Of a stretch of 64,000 nt of DNA, positions 35,834 through 44,604 are shown piece by piece (positions within the stretch are counted from its first letter, which is position 1; the number at the start of each line of letters is the position of its first letter). The stretch is taken from positions 32,001 to 96,000 of IMG/VR virus record IMGVR_UViG_3300026097_000805; one strand, written 5' to 3'. The notes under the pieces were generated by a model. It was given only the letters and a program-made list of their open reading frames with translations. It ran no database searches and was not told where the DNA came from. This DNA comes from a virus. The position numbers were made by a program, and so were the translations under genes.

Positions 35834-36466
35834 TTAAAATACTTTTTTGTTGTCGAACGCACGATCCCATCCAAAGAACTGTGCCTTATAGTCCGAATGG
35901 TCGTCACTTGAAAGATTGATCCATTCGTCTTTGCGTTGCCATAGTTTGACAGCGCCTTCATACCAATCGGTATTGTCGATAATGTTTTCTAGTTTTTCTT
36001 TAGCATCATATGCATCTTCTATTCGATCAAAGTCTTGTTCGATGTGTATTACTTCCATTACTAGATCGTGACTTACAAAGTCCAGACTAAAGTCTATCCC
36101 CCATTTAGGTTTGATGTTGAGCAGCTTTTGTAGTATAGGACGACTGCGACAAATTTCTTCAATCTGTTCTCTTGCTTCTCCTGCAAATGCATATCGTGTT
36201 AGCAGCATACAGTGATCTAATACTAGATTCTGTTCAGTTTGCTCTGTGTCACGATACCACTCTTGTACAGGCGCTATATGGAACTGTATTTCTCGATTAA
36301 GTTCGACACCGTTTGCTTCGTAATGCAAGTGTTCTAGAGGAGTAGGAACTTCGTATCCATCCTTATCAAAGTCTTTGAAAGGAAGTGTTTCTACTAAAGA
36401 TCGCTCTATTGGTTTAGTAAGGAATGGATTGTTTGTAAACTTGGGATGTAAGTTTACTAGATTCAT
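35834..36466 (-). CDS. Hypothetical phage protein
   Basis: 210-aa ORF. Confidence 0.8.
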   Translation of the reverse strand: MNLVNLHPKFTNNPFLTKPIERSLVETLPFKDFDKDGYEVPTPLEHLHYEANGVELNREIQFHIAPVQEWYRDTEQTEQNLVLDHCMLLTRYAFAGEAREQIEEICRSRPILQKLLNIKPKWGIDFSLDFVSHDLVMEVIHIEQDFDRIEDAYDAKEKLENIIDNTDWYEGAVKLWQRKDEWINLSSDDHSDYKAQFFGWDRAFDNKKVF

Positions 36467-36774
36467 CCTATCTCCTGGGCTCCCATTTTACGAATAGCTT
36501 CGTCTATGTATAATGCAAGTTCAAAGTCTAACTGTGTCAAACCGCCTACATCGTGGGTATACACCATTAACACTACTTCGTTATAAAAGAATCCTATGTC
36601 TGCAAAATGGTCTAGTTTTACTTGTGGCTTTTCGATGTACAAAAGGAAGCGTAGCACACTGTTGTAGTCATCGAACGCTACTTTCTTGTATAGATACTTA
36701 CCCTTGCGAATTTCCCAGTCGGAAGCAAACTTTCTACGAATAGGTTCAGCTTGTTCAATGTCTAGTCGCTTCAT
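36463..36774 (-). CDS. Pterin-4-alpha-carbinolamine dehydratase-like protein
   Basis: W......L.K...F..Y, DHFADI..FYN.V...YTHDVGGLT.LDF.LA..ID. Confidence 0.8.
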   Translation of the reverse strand: MKRLDIEQAEPIRRKFASDWEIRKGKYLYKKVAFDDYNSVLRFLLYIEKPQVKLDHFADIGFFYNEVVLMVYTHDVGGLTQLDFELALYIDEAIRKMGAQEIG

Positions 36775-37190
36775 TGTGTTCTGTCCTTATCATCGATTGC
36801 ACCACCACTAACCCAGGCAGTGCAACTACGTGTACCTGCACACTTGAAGTGGAGGAAGTTGCAGTATCCCAAATCTGCTTTATGGATTGTAGCCATTGCA
36901 TCAGCTTCTTTTTCATCACCTTGAATTCCACCTTCTATACAGTTCCACATTTTATCTGATACATCAAATGCTGCACAGTTGTTGCACTGCATGGTCTTAG
37001 CAGTTGTTTCATCTATGCCCCATTTCTTAGCATAGTCTTTCCAGTAAGTGCCTGGCTTTTCAGGATTTGCAGGACCGTACATATAATCGTGGATTGCACG
37101 TTGACGATTTTTAAGATTTACATCAATGTCTTGTGTAGCAACAGGACAGCCTTTGTTAGCTGCTTCTACAAGATTGATGTAAGATCTCAT
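36771..37190 (-). CDS. Cys-rich putative virion internal protein
   Basis: N-terminal MRSYINLVE; CPVAT, CNNC, GYC...HFKC...RSC. Confidence 0.7.
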   Translation of the reverse strand: MRSYINLVEAANKGCPVATQDIDVNLKNRQRAIHDYMYGPANPEKPGTYWKDYAKKWGIDETTAKTMQCNNCAAFDVSDKMWNCIEGGIQGDEKEADAMATIHKADLGYCNFLHFKCAGTRSCTAWVSGGAIDDKDRTQ

Positions 37191-37810
37191 TTATAATCCT
37201 TTAGTGCTGCATACAAACGATCTTTAATTGATTCGGTTGTTGATTCTCTAGGAGCAGATCTTTCAAGGTCATCCATACCTTTAGCTTGACGCATTAGATC
37301 TTGGAAGTCAGTATCTTGCATTTGTTCCGGACTTGCACCGATTGCTTTTCTATCGTCGTTAAAATGCATATAGGCAATTTGTGCAAACATTCTTGCAGCT
37401 TTTTTCGGCATGCCTTTGTTCACAAATTTTTCAATTAATTTGTCTAGCTCTGGATTTTGTTCTGTGTTTTCATCTTCTCCCACGAGCTTGTCTTTCAAAG
37501 GATGTGGTTGTTCGCCGCTTGTGCTAGGAGTGCTTGTTGCGGGCATAGGATCTTTTCCTCTTGCATAGTCTCCGTGTTTTTGTGCTTCATTTACTTGTAC
37601 CCCTGCAAGCGCAGCAAAATCTGCAACACTATCTAGGCCTAAAGGCATAGATCCTTGCGGTACTTGTACTGACTCATTTACATAGTCTTTGGTAGGCGGA
37701 ACATCAGCTACCGCACCGCCTTGTGCTTGAGACTGCAACTTTGCTAGATCTTCTCTAGGATCCGTGGGGTCTAATTCAAATAGTTTACGTTGTAAGTCGT
37801 GATAATCCAT
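37187..37810 (-). CDS. Putative virion internal protein
   Basis: N-terminal MDYHDLQRKLFE; low-complexity modules. Confidence 0.7.
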   Translation of the reverse strand: MDYHDLQRKLFELDPTDPREDLAKLQSQAQGGAVADVPPTKDYVNESVQVPQGSMPLGLDSVADFAALAGVQVNEAQKHGDYARGKDPMPATSTPSTSGEQPHPLKDKLVGEDENTEQNPELDKLIEKFVNKGMPKKAARMFAQIAYMHFNDDRKAIGASPEQMQDTDFQDLMRQAKGMDDLERSAPRESTTESIKDRLYAALKDYK

Positions 37811-37811
37811 A

Positions 37812-38300
37812 TTACATCTTCACACAGTTGTCTACAGTTTTGCCGCCCTTTTTCTTAGTGCCCATACGCTTGTAGCCTTTCCAGCATACTTTGCCGTCTA
37901 CACCTTTTTGCTTTTCTTCAGGTAGGGTAGTATAACTAGGCTTACCACAGTCTGAACAAACACCTTCAGTTTTTTCTGCTAGTTTTGAACGCAGGGCATC
38001 GACATAGTTTTTAGATTCTACAGGCATTTCTGCAGGCATTGCTTGCCCACCGTTTGCAAACTTCATATCATAATCTAGTGCATGGTATACACTTGACATA
38101 TAATCTGCTGCTTTAGTAATTTTGCTCTGCTGCCAGCCCTCGATGCCCTCTGCTTCTGAAACAGTTTTTAACATCTCGTGTAGCTTTACAGCATACTTTG
38201 CAATTTTATATAGGTCTGAACGAGCCATCTGAACTTCGTGATCACGTTCTGCACGATCGGCTAATTCACCTAGACCTTCTTGTATTTTTTTCATTCTCAT
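37812..38300 (-). CDS. Putative virion internal protein with C-terminal Cys/basic module
   Basis: MRMKKIQE; CSDC; CWKGYKRMGTKKKGGKTVDNCVKM. Confidence 0.7.
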   Translation of the reverse strand: MRMKKIQEGLGELADRAERDHEVQMARSDLYKIAKYAVKLHEMLKTVSEAEGIEGWQQSKITKAADYMSSVYHALDYDMKFANGGQAMPAEMPVESKNYVDALRSKLAEKTEGVCSDCGKPSYTTLPEEKQKGVDGKVCWKGYKRMGTKKKGGKTVDNCVKM

Positions 38301-38326
38301 TGAAGCACTCCAATATACGTATAATG

Positions 38327-38332
38327 TATTTA
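38327..38332 (-). promoter_or_regulatory. TAAATA late-type promoter
   Basis: ATAAATAC at the stop of 38330..38848, upstream of a GGAG SD and start 38300. Confidence 0.55.
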
Positions 38333-38848
38333 TCGTTTGAGCGTTTGACCTGACATTAAATTAGCACCGCTGTCTAGTGCATTTGGCGCAACACCCTTGC
38401 GCTTTTTAGGCTTTTTAGCATTACGAGTGACACTTGGATTGGATACTGTGGCAATTGCGCCGCCCCCTACACTTGTTGCACCGCTAGTTGCAGTTTCGTT
38501 ATATACATTTCCTACACTTCGGCTTTGTGCAATTATTTTATCTCCACGTTTAAGTACATAACTTGGAACTGGAGTATCGTGCTTTGAATACACATTTTCA
38601 ATTGCTTTGCCAAAATTCGTCCATTTTTCTTTTGCTGTATTTCCTTCGAAATCTGTAAGGTCAAATTCTTTACCATTATCCATTACAATTACTAAAGTTG
38701 CTTGGCTATCGGCTGTGTTGTCTCTTAATTTTTTCTTGCGACGACGACCACTTGCTTTTGCGGCTTTATAGCTTTTCTTATAGCTTTTTGATTTTAAACG
38801 ACCTTCTGTTTCAATCGATTCTTCGCTTAAAATTTCATTTACTCTCAT
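38330..38848 (-). CDS. Putative virion internal protein (basic)
   Basis: MRVNEILSE start at 38848 (ORF track 38878 extension overlaps a small upstream ORF). Confidence 0.7.
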   Translation of the reverse strand: MRVNEILSEESIETEGRLKSKSYKKSYKAAKASGRRRKKKLRDNTADSQATLVIVMDNGKEFDLTDFEGNTAKEKWTNFGKAIENVYSKHDTPVPSYVLKRGDKIIAQSRSVGNVYNETATSGATSVGGGAIATVSNPSVTRNAKKPKKRKGVAPNALDSGANLMSGQTLKR

Positions 38849-38939
38849 AGTGCTGTCTCCAAAATGCATTACGCTCATTAGTACTTAGTCTTTGCGCTTC
38901 GTGTTCTTTATACTTTTTAACGTAATATGCAATATCCAT
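38835..38939 (-). CDS. Small protein (34 aa)
   Basis: Not in ORF track. MDIAYYVKKYKEHEAQRLSTNERNAFWRQHYESK; TAATG-coupled to the upstream gene. Confidence 0.55.
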   Translation of the reverse strand: MDIAYYVKKYKEHEAQRLSTNERNAFWRQHYESK

Positions 38940-39967
38940 TATTTCTTTCTACCTGATTTCATATTAGCACACCAGTGATACATTTTAGCCTTCTCACCAC
39001 TTGCGTTCTTAGCACGTTTGCGAAGTGCTGTCACTGATCCATTGCAACTAGCACCTGAACGTTTTACACGCCCTGGTCTGCTTTTGCCTTTTTCCTTACC
39101 GTCAGCAAAGTTTTCTTTGACCATTGAACGAGCCTTGTCTAATGCCGCAGCAGCCTTAATAGTCATTGATCCTGCTAGACCAATCTCAAGACCATCTTTA
39201 TCTCTTATAGTAAGGTCCTGCGCAACATCAGCACCTACTTCAACTTCTCCTGCTTTCACTGCTTGTGCTAACCATCTTCTTGCAGCCTTTAGTTCATTCC
39301 ACATCATTTTGTATGTAGCACCACCCTGAAGTTTAAAGCCAGCACCTTTTTTAAAATATTTGTTTATTAAATTTTTGTATTGTTCTTCTGTAGTTGAATC
39401 TCCTGCAGAGTTTTCTTCTACAGGCTCTTGCATATGCTGTTTGATTGCTTTTGCTGTTCTTTCAAATTTATGATCTTTGTACTTAAATCCTATACCACCA
39501 GCTGCTTCCCAGTTGTTGATGTTAACACCATAGTCGTCAATCAGTATGTTAGGTGTGCCGTCTTCGTGTTTAGCATATTGTGGTTTGTTGTGAGTGACAT
39601 ATACTTCTTTGGGCGGGAAAAATGCTAGATTTTCTTCTACCCAAGTACGCTTGTGTCTTTCTGAATTAGGGTCGTCTGCTAAAGGACTGGTACAAATATA
39701 GTATTCACCTTTGACTTGTTTGATTAAATTTAGTAATTCTTTTGCCTGAGGTAGTACGGGAAGTCTTAACCAAAAGTCGTCTGTATCACGTATTTTTTGT
39801 AATGCATCGTCAATGTCATGCTGTTTGTTAATTTGTGTAAAATGATCTACATCCATTAGTCTTGCCCACTCGCCAAAGAAGTCAGCAAGTACACCATCCA
39901 TATCCACATATATTTCACTCGCACTTGCAATCTCGCCAAGATTTTCAAAAATCTCATGTACTCGCAT
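38939..39967 (-). CDS. HAD 5'(3')-deoxyribonucleotidase-like protein with basic C-terminal modules
   Basis: MRVHEIFE; IYVDMDGVLADF, ICTSP, K..W, K..YA, ILIDD...N...W...GG.G. Confidence 0.85.
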   Translation of the reverse strand: MRVHEIFENLGEIASASEIYVDMDGVLADFFGEWARLMDVDHFTQINKQHDIDDALQKIRDTDDFWLRLPVLPQAKELLNLIKQVKGEYYICTSPLADDPNSERHKRTWVEENLAFFPPKEVYVTHNKPQYAKHEDGTPNILIDDYGVNINNWEAAGGIGFKYKDHKFERTAKAIKQHMQEPVEENSAGDSTTEEQYKNLINKYFKKGAGFKLQGGATYKMMWNELKAARRWLAQAVKAGEVEVGADVAQDLTIRDKDGLEIGLAGSMTIKAAAALDKARSMVKENFADGKEKGKSRPGRVKRSGASCNGSVTALRKRAKNASGEKAKMYHWCANMKSGRKK

Positions 39968-40520
39968 CTGCGTTTTCCTTTAATGTAATAACACCACAGG
40001 CTAATCTATCTCCAGCATTGCCTGTTTTTAAACTTTCGTCGTCCCTGCCTTGGCCTAGATCATCTTCGTCACTGTGTACTACAACAGCACGACCTACTAC
40101 ACTGCGTTCACCTGTGAGGTCCACACGTTTTGCTGCTATACTGATGTTAGCAACACCGTCTTCGTCTGCTGTTATATTACCCAGATCGCCTACGTGTCCT
40201 TCGTCCAAATCCCCATGATCAACTCCATCCGGATTATAGTGTCCGCCTGCACTCTCACAACCTTGACTTAAATCACCAAACTCGTGAATATGGAATCCGT
40301 GTTCACCTGGAGTTAGTCCAGTTATCTTGCCTACTATGAGAGTAGGACCGTTTGCTTGTTGCTTGAATAAGATTGTGCCTTCAACTGTGTCTGAATGTTC
40401 TAGCACACATACCGCTGTGACGGTTTCTTGTGCTTCTGTGATCTTGTTTACGCTTTCGCATTGACATGCACTGGCTTTGGTTCTAGGACATTGTGTCGTT
40501 AGCACTTCATAAATTTTCAT
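39954..40520 (-). CDS. sodC: Cu/Zn superoxide dismutase
   Basis: HGFHIHEFGD, GGHYNP, DHG, HVGDLGN, VHSDEDDLG, GNAGDRLACG: all metal ligands recognisable. Confidence 0.93.
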   Translation of the reverse strand: MKIYEVLTTQCPRTKASACQCESVNKITEAQETVTAVCVLEHSDTVEGTILFKQQANGPTLIVGKITGLTPGEHGFHIHEFGDLSQGCESAGGHYNPDGVDHGDLDEGHVGDLGNITADEDGVANISIAAKRVDLTGERSVVGRAVVVHSDEDDLGQGRDDESLKTGNAGDRLACGVITLKENADAST

Positions 40521-41335
40521 TTTTTACGTCCTTGACAATGTGCTTTTTGACTGAAGCCTTTTGGATTAGAGCAATTAATACTGTCTTTATATTTTTTACT
40601 CCATTTTTCTTCTATACTCTCAACCTGTGACATTGCTTTTTGCATTTGCTTTTGACTAAACTTTATACCTTGTCTAACAAGAAATTTTTGTAAGAAGGTT
40701 AAGTGTGCCAAACCAATAGCTGCTGCAATCATTATAAGGATATTTGGTGCAAACTTTTTTATTAGTTCAGCTAATGCACTAGGTTTTTTATTTTTATATC
40801 TAGCTACTATTTGATCAAAATTCTTAGGACGTAGTTGAGGTACTGGAGCAGTTGCTGGTGCTGCTTCAGTTTGTAGCACATCTCGTGCAGTCTTAATAGC
40901 ATCAGGTCCTTGAGGATGTTTCGGATTAATACTTACTACTTCACCATTTATGAGTTCTGAAATGTTAGCCGCTTTGCCTACGCTATCTAGCACTTGATGT
41001 AATTTGTCTTGTGCATCATAGTTGCCACGTTCATAACCTTTTTTACCACGAACTTCTATACGATGTTTATTGTTAGTATCCATGATATGTAAAACATCTA
41101 TTTCGTCGTCTCTTTCTAAACGAAGCTTAATGCCTTCTGTCAGGCCTAAATTAAAAAGAACATTAGTGCTTTTACCTTTGACTTTTTTGCTTAGTGTAGG
41201 CGGACGTCCGTCTCGGTCTACTGTATTGCCAAATTTCTTTGCTTGTTTAGTGATTTCATCAGGGCCTACGTCAGGCGTTGTGTTTACACCTTTTACAATT
41301 CTGCCTACGCCTTCGTATAACTCGTAAACCTTCAT
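40517..41335 (-). CDS. Putative virion internal protein with C-terminal Cys/His basic module
   Basis: MKVYELYE; EKWSKKYKDSINCSNPKGFSQKAHCQGRKK. Confidence 0.7.
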   Translation of the reverse strand: MKVYELYEGVGRIVKGVNTTPDVGPDEITKQAKKFGNTVDRDGRPPTLSKKVKGKSTNVLFNLGLTEGIKLRLERDDEIDVLHIMDTNNKHRIEVRGKKGYERGNYDAQDKLHQVLDSVGKAANISELINGEVVSINPKHPQGPDAIKTARDVLQTEAAPATAPVPQLRPKNFDQIVARYKNKKPSALAELIKKFAPNILIMIAAAIGLAHLTFLQKFLVRQGIKFSQKQMQKAMSQVESIEEKWSKKYKDSINCSNPKGFSQKAHCQGRKK

Positions 41336-41550
41336 TTCTTTTTACGACCCCTAAATTGTACCTGCCCTGTCATATAAGGTTTACTAAACCATAACTGAAA
41401 CCATTCTGGATCACCTGGGCGTATATTCATTTCACGTTCTTTTTTCTTGATAGCTGCCGCTGTCTCGCTAGGATTTTCGTCTAACACATATTCTGTGTAG
41501 CCTTTGAATTCATTTATTCCAGCAAGTTTGCGAAGCTCATCTAGATCCAT
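41332..41550 (-). CDS. Putative virion internal protein
   Basis: MDLDELRKLAGINE; 72 aa. Confidence 0.7.
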   Translation of the reverse strand: MDLDELRKLAGINEFKGYTEYVLDENPSETAAAIKKKEREMNIRPGDPEWFQLWFSKPYMTGQVQFRGRKKK

Positions 41551-43718
41551 TATAGCCCCTGTTCAACTGCTTGAGCTAGTTGCTCCGCACCTACTTCTTT
41601 ACCGTCTAAGTAAATTTTTGCTGTACCTTTGTCTAGCAAGGGCTTTACGGCCATAGGATCCTTGAGAATAGCAAGAGGATCTCCGCCTAGTATCTGTGTC
41701 ATCATTGTTCTAGGATTTTTGTGAAATGCTGGACGATCTAAGACTTTACCGGTAAGTGCTACTTTAAGTCTGCCTATTGTTATACTACCTTTAATTACAG
41801 GTTGACCTTTTCTTGCATCGAAAATAAATCTAGCACCGCCGAACGCATATGACAAATAATCAGCCTCACTCGGTTTGTTTCCTTCTAATGGTCCTCTTGC
41901 TTCTAATCCACCACCGCTAAAAATATAACGAGCTTTACCATCTGCATACTTTATTGTAGACAGGCCATTAACAACGGGAGTTTGCGTTTTGATTAGTTTT
42001 CCATTAGCATCATAAAACTTTTTACCCCATGCTCCACTGTGTGTATAGCTTCCGTCTGCGGCATAGTCTTTTGTGCTCCCGTCTGGTAATTCTTCAGATC
42101 TTTCTTCGTTAAATTCTGCACTCACGTCTGCTGTGTCTTTATCTAATTGTCTTTGGCCTAAATCAATTAATTTTTCTACTGATAATCCGCTCAATTTTTG
42201 TGCTTGTGTTATCATTTGATTTGCTTTTTTCTTTGCTGAAGGTGATAAAATTACAGTTGTATCCATTTCATCTCCGCCAGTGAGGCTACCTTGTAATAAA
42301 TTTTGTGCCCCCATAGCTAGTGCAATTGCTCTTTCTAAATTAGGATTAGAAGATTCACGCATTTTCTTTTTACGATTTTTACAACTTGCTTCAAACGCGG
42401 TTATAACATCTTCGCTTGTAATTTGATAACGCTTGCCGCGGCTCTTAATTTCTTTGCCAACAAGTATTTTAAGAACTTTAGAAAGTTTGGCAATATCTTG
42501 TTCTTTATCAATAGCATCGTCAATTAGCATACGTAGATATTGACGTAGTTGTACAGGGTCGATCACAACATCGCTTTCGTTGGTTTTCTTTTTCTTCTTA
42601 TTATGTTGTGCCCAAGCTATAGCATATGGCGCACCTTCGTCATCCGGAAATTCTTTTTTAAGAGCTTTTACTTGATCTTCTCTTCCTGGAGGTGCTTCTT
42701 CATCAGTCTTTTTATATTTCTTTAGCATCTTCTCCTCATCTGGAGAATCACCAAAATATTTGTGTACTAAATCATCTAATTCGTTGTGAAATTTATCTTC
42801 GTCTTTAGGTGATACATCTTCTTTTTTAAACAAATCATTCAATGAATCATCGGAGTAGCCTGGACCGCTTCCTAACCAACTACGCTGTGACATTCTTGTC
42901 TTTTCGTCCGGTATTAACCCTAACTTTTCGTAGTATTGTCTTAACTCCGATCTTGACATTTCCTGAGATTTTTTAGCATAGTCTGCCATTATTAATTCTT
43001 CTGCTCTTTTTGGATCTATACCATTGTCAATCATCTTCTGTTTTATTCTAGCAAATATATTATTACTATTTTCTGCTACATTTTCGCTTACAGGTGCTTC
43101 TGGATCGCCTAATGCTTTGTTAAGCAGTTGCGTAGCTGTTTGTGCATTCCCTGGATACATTAGTTCGGCGGCCTGTAATTTGTCTTCGTCTGACATTTCT
43201 GGCCATGCTGCTCGTAGCTCACTAGCACTTTTAATGCTCATGCCGCTAAAATTAAAGTCAATTGTAGGACCGTATGCTAGATAACCGTGGGTATCTGCTG
43301 TTTCTAATTCACCGTCATTATAAGAAATTAAGTATCCCATGTTGCCATCACTTTTACGCACTTGATCAGGTAAAGGATGACTTGTTTTATCTTTTTCGCT
43401 ACGCACAAATACAAGTGCTGTCTGTGATGCGTCACTTATAATATCGTTATAGGATAACGCATTAAAAGGTGACTTGACCTGTATAAATCTGTTAGCAGGA
43501 ACACCAGCCATTTGTGCAAGTTTTATCTTTACATCGAATGGAAAAGGCCTTGATTTTGTATCATTAGTTGCTGCAACATATACATTATCTTTACCAAATG
43601 TTTCTACAGCCCAGTCATACAGACTTTTGTGCCCGGGATGAAAAGGATGAAATCCACCAGGCATAACTGCTATTACTTTTTGTGCAGGTGCTGCTTCAAA
43701 TAGTTGACGTAGTCTCAC
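41550..43718 (-). CDS. HIGH-motif nucleotidyltransferase fused to multiple C-terminal modules
   Basis: MRLRQLFE; VMPGGFHPFHPGH, RPFPFDVK, SASELR (KMSKS-like); 722 aa. Confidence 0.75.
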   Translation of the reverse strand: MRLRQLFEAAPAQKVIAVMPGGFHPFHPGHKSLYDWAVETFGKDNVYVAATNDTKSRPFPFDVKIKLAQMAGVPANRFIQVKSPFNALSYNDIISDASQTALVFVRSEKDKTSHPLPDQVRKSDGNMGYLISYNDGELETADTHGYLAYGPTIDFNFSGMSIKSASELRAAWPEMSDEDKLQAAELMYPGNAQTATQLLNKALGDPEAPVSENVAENSNNIFARIKQKMIDNGIDPKRAEELIMADYAKKSQEMSRSELRQYYEKLGLIPDEKTRMSQRSWLGSGPGYSDDSLNDLFKKEDVSPKDEDKFHNELDDLVHKYFGDSPDEEKMLKKYKKTDEEAPPGREDQVKALKKEFPDDEGAPYAIAWAQHNKKKKKTNESDVVIDPVQLRQYLRMLIDDAIDKEQDIAKLSKVLKILVGKEIKSRGKRYQITSEDVITAFEASCKNRKKKMRESSNPNLERAIALAMGAQNLLQGSLTGGDEMDTTVILSPSAKKKANQMITQAQKLSGLSVEKLIDLGQRQLDKDTADVSAEFNEERSEELPDGSTKDYAADGSYTHSGAWGKKFYDANGKLIKTQTPVVNGLSTIKYADGKARYIFSGGGLEARGPLEGNKPSEADYLSYAFGGARFIFDARKGQPVIKGSITIGRLKVALTGKVLDRPAFHKNPRTMMTQILGGDPLAILKDPMAVKPLLDKGTAKIYLDGKEVGAEQLAQAVEQGL

Positions 43719-44041
43719 TTGTAGTCACCTCGCTTGATTTGTTCCATTTCTTCGGAGAATAGTTTATCAATTAGCGCATCGCGGTCTGGCTGTTTAAAAA
43801 CATCTTCAGCAGAACGACCTAGGTTATACTTTTTAACATAACCATTGATACCCTGTTCAATCATATCCATTATCATAGTACGATCAACTTTTTTACCCTC
43901 GCTATGATTATCAGCTAATTTAGCCATACACGGAAAATACTGTTTGCGATAGAAATTAGGGTCGTTGCGCATGTAGTAGCTAGCATCGTCTACAAGATCA
44001 AAAGGTAAGCTATTTTCTGTGACTTCATAAATCTTTACCAT
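43715..44041 (-). CDS. Hypothetical (putative internal) protein
   Basis: MVKIYEVTE start at 44041. Confidence 0.7.
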   Translation of the reverse strand: MVKIYEVTENSLPFDLVDDASYYMRNDPNFYRKQYFPCMAKLADNHSEGKKVDRTMIMDMIEQGINGYVKKYNLGRSAEDVFKQPDRDALIDKLFSEEMEQIKRGDYK

Positions 44042-44595
44042 TTTCTGCAACTCCAATAGCGAGCTTTATGACGAGGTCCCGGATTGTCACAATTGTGTCT
44101 TGCTCTAAAGCTTCTACGTCTTTCTGGATTAGATTTTTTTATCTTAGCACCCTTTTGGCCAAAGTTTACTTTAACTACATTACCTTTTGGATTTTTTACA
44201 TATACTTTGAACTTTTTAACATCGCCCGCCATAGGCTTGCCCAATTTGACTTTGCGACCTTGATACTCTGCTTCGTCTAAGTCATTGTCCTCGTTAAACC
44301 ACATTACTCCGAATTCTTCGTAAAAGTCATCGTCATCATCAAACGTGACTTCCTCTATGTCTTCATCTTCTTCGCCTACATATATATCAAAATCTTCATA
44401 ACCTTGTTCAAACATATAATTAGCAAGCTTTTGTGCATATTCGTCAGATTCATCTAATGTAAGAGCTCTTGCAAGAGGTATTTGAATGACTGTGGTATCT
44501 TGTTCTGTATCATATGATTCAAAAACAGGAAAAATACTTTCGTCCAATTTAGTTGACTCTTGTTTTTCCATTACTACTCTTACAAAATATTCCAT
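44035..44595 (-). CDS. Acidic N-terminal / basic Cys-His C-terminal phage protein
   Basis: LDEAEYQGRKVKLGKP...KVNFG...RARHNC...RYWSCRKW. Confidence 0.75.
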   Translation of the reverse strand: MEYFVRVVMEKQESTKLDESIFPVFESYDTEQDTTVIQIPLARALTLDESDEYAQKLANYMFEQGYEDFDIYVGEEDEDIEEVTFDDDDDFYEEFGVMWFNEDNDLDEAEYQGRKVKLGKPMAGDVKKFKVYVKNPKGNVVKVNFGQKGAKIKKSNPERRRSFRARHNCDNPGPRHKARYWSCRKW

Positions 44596-44604
44596 GATTT
44601 TACC

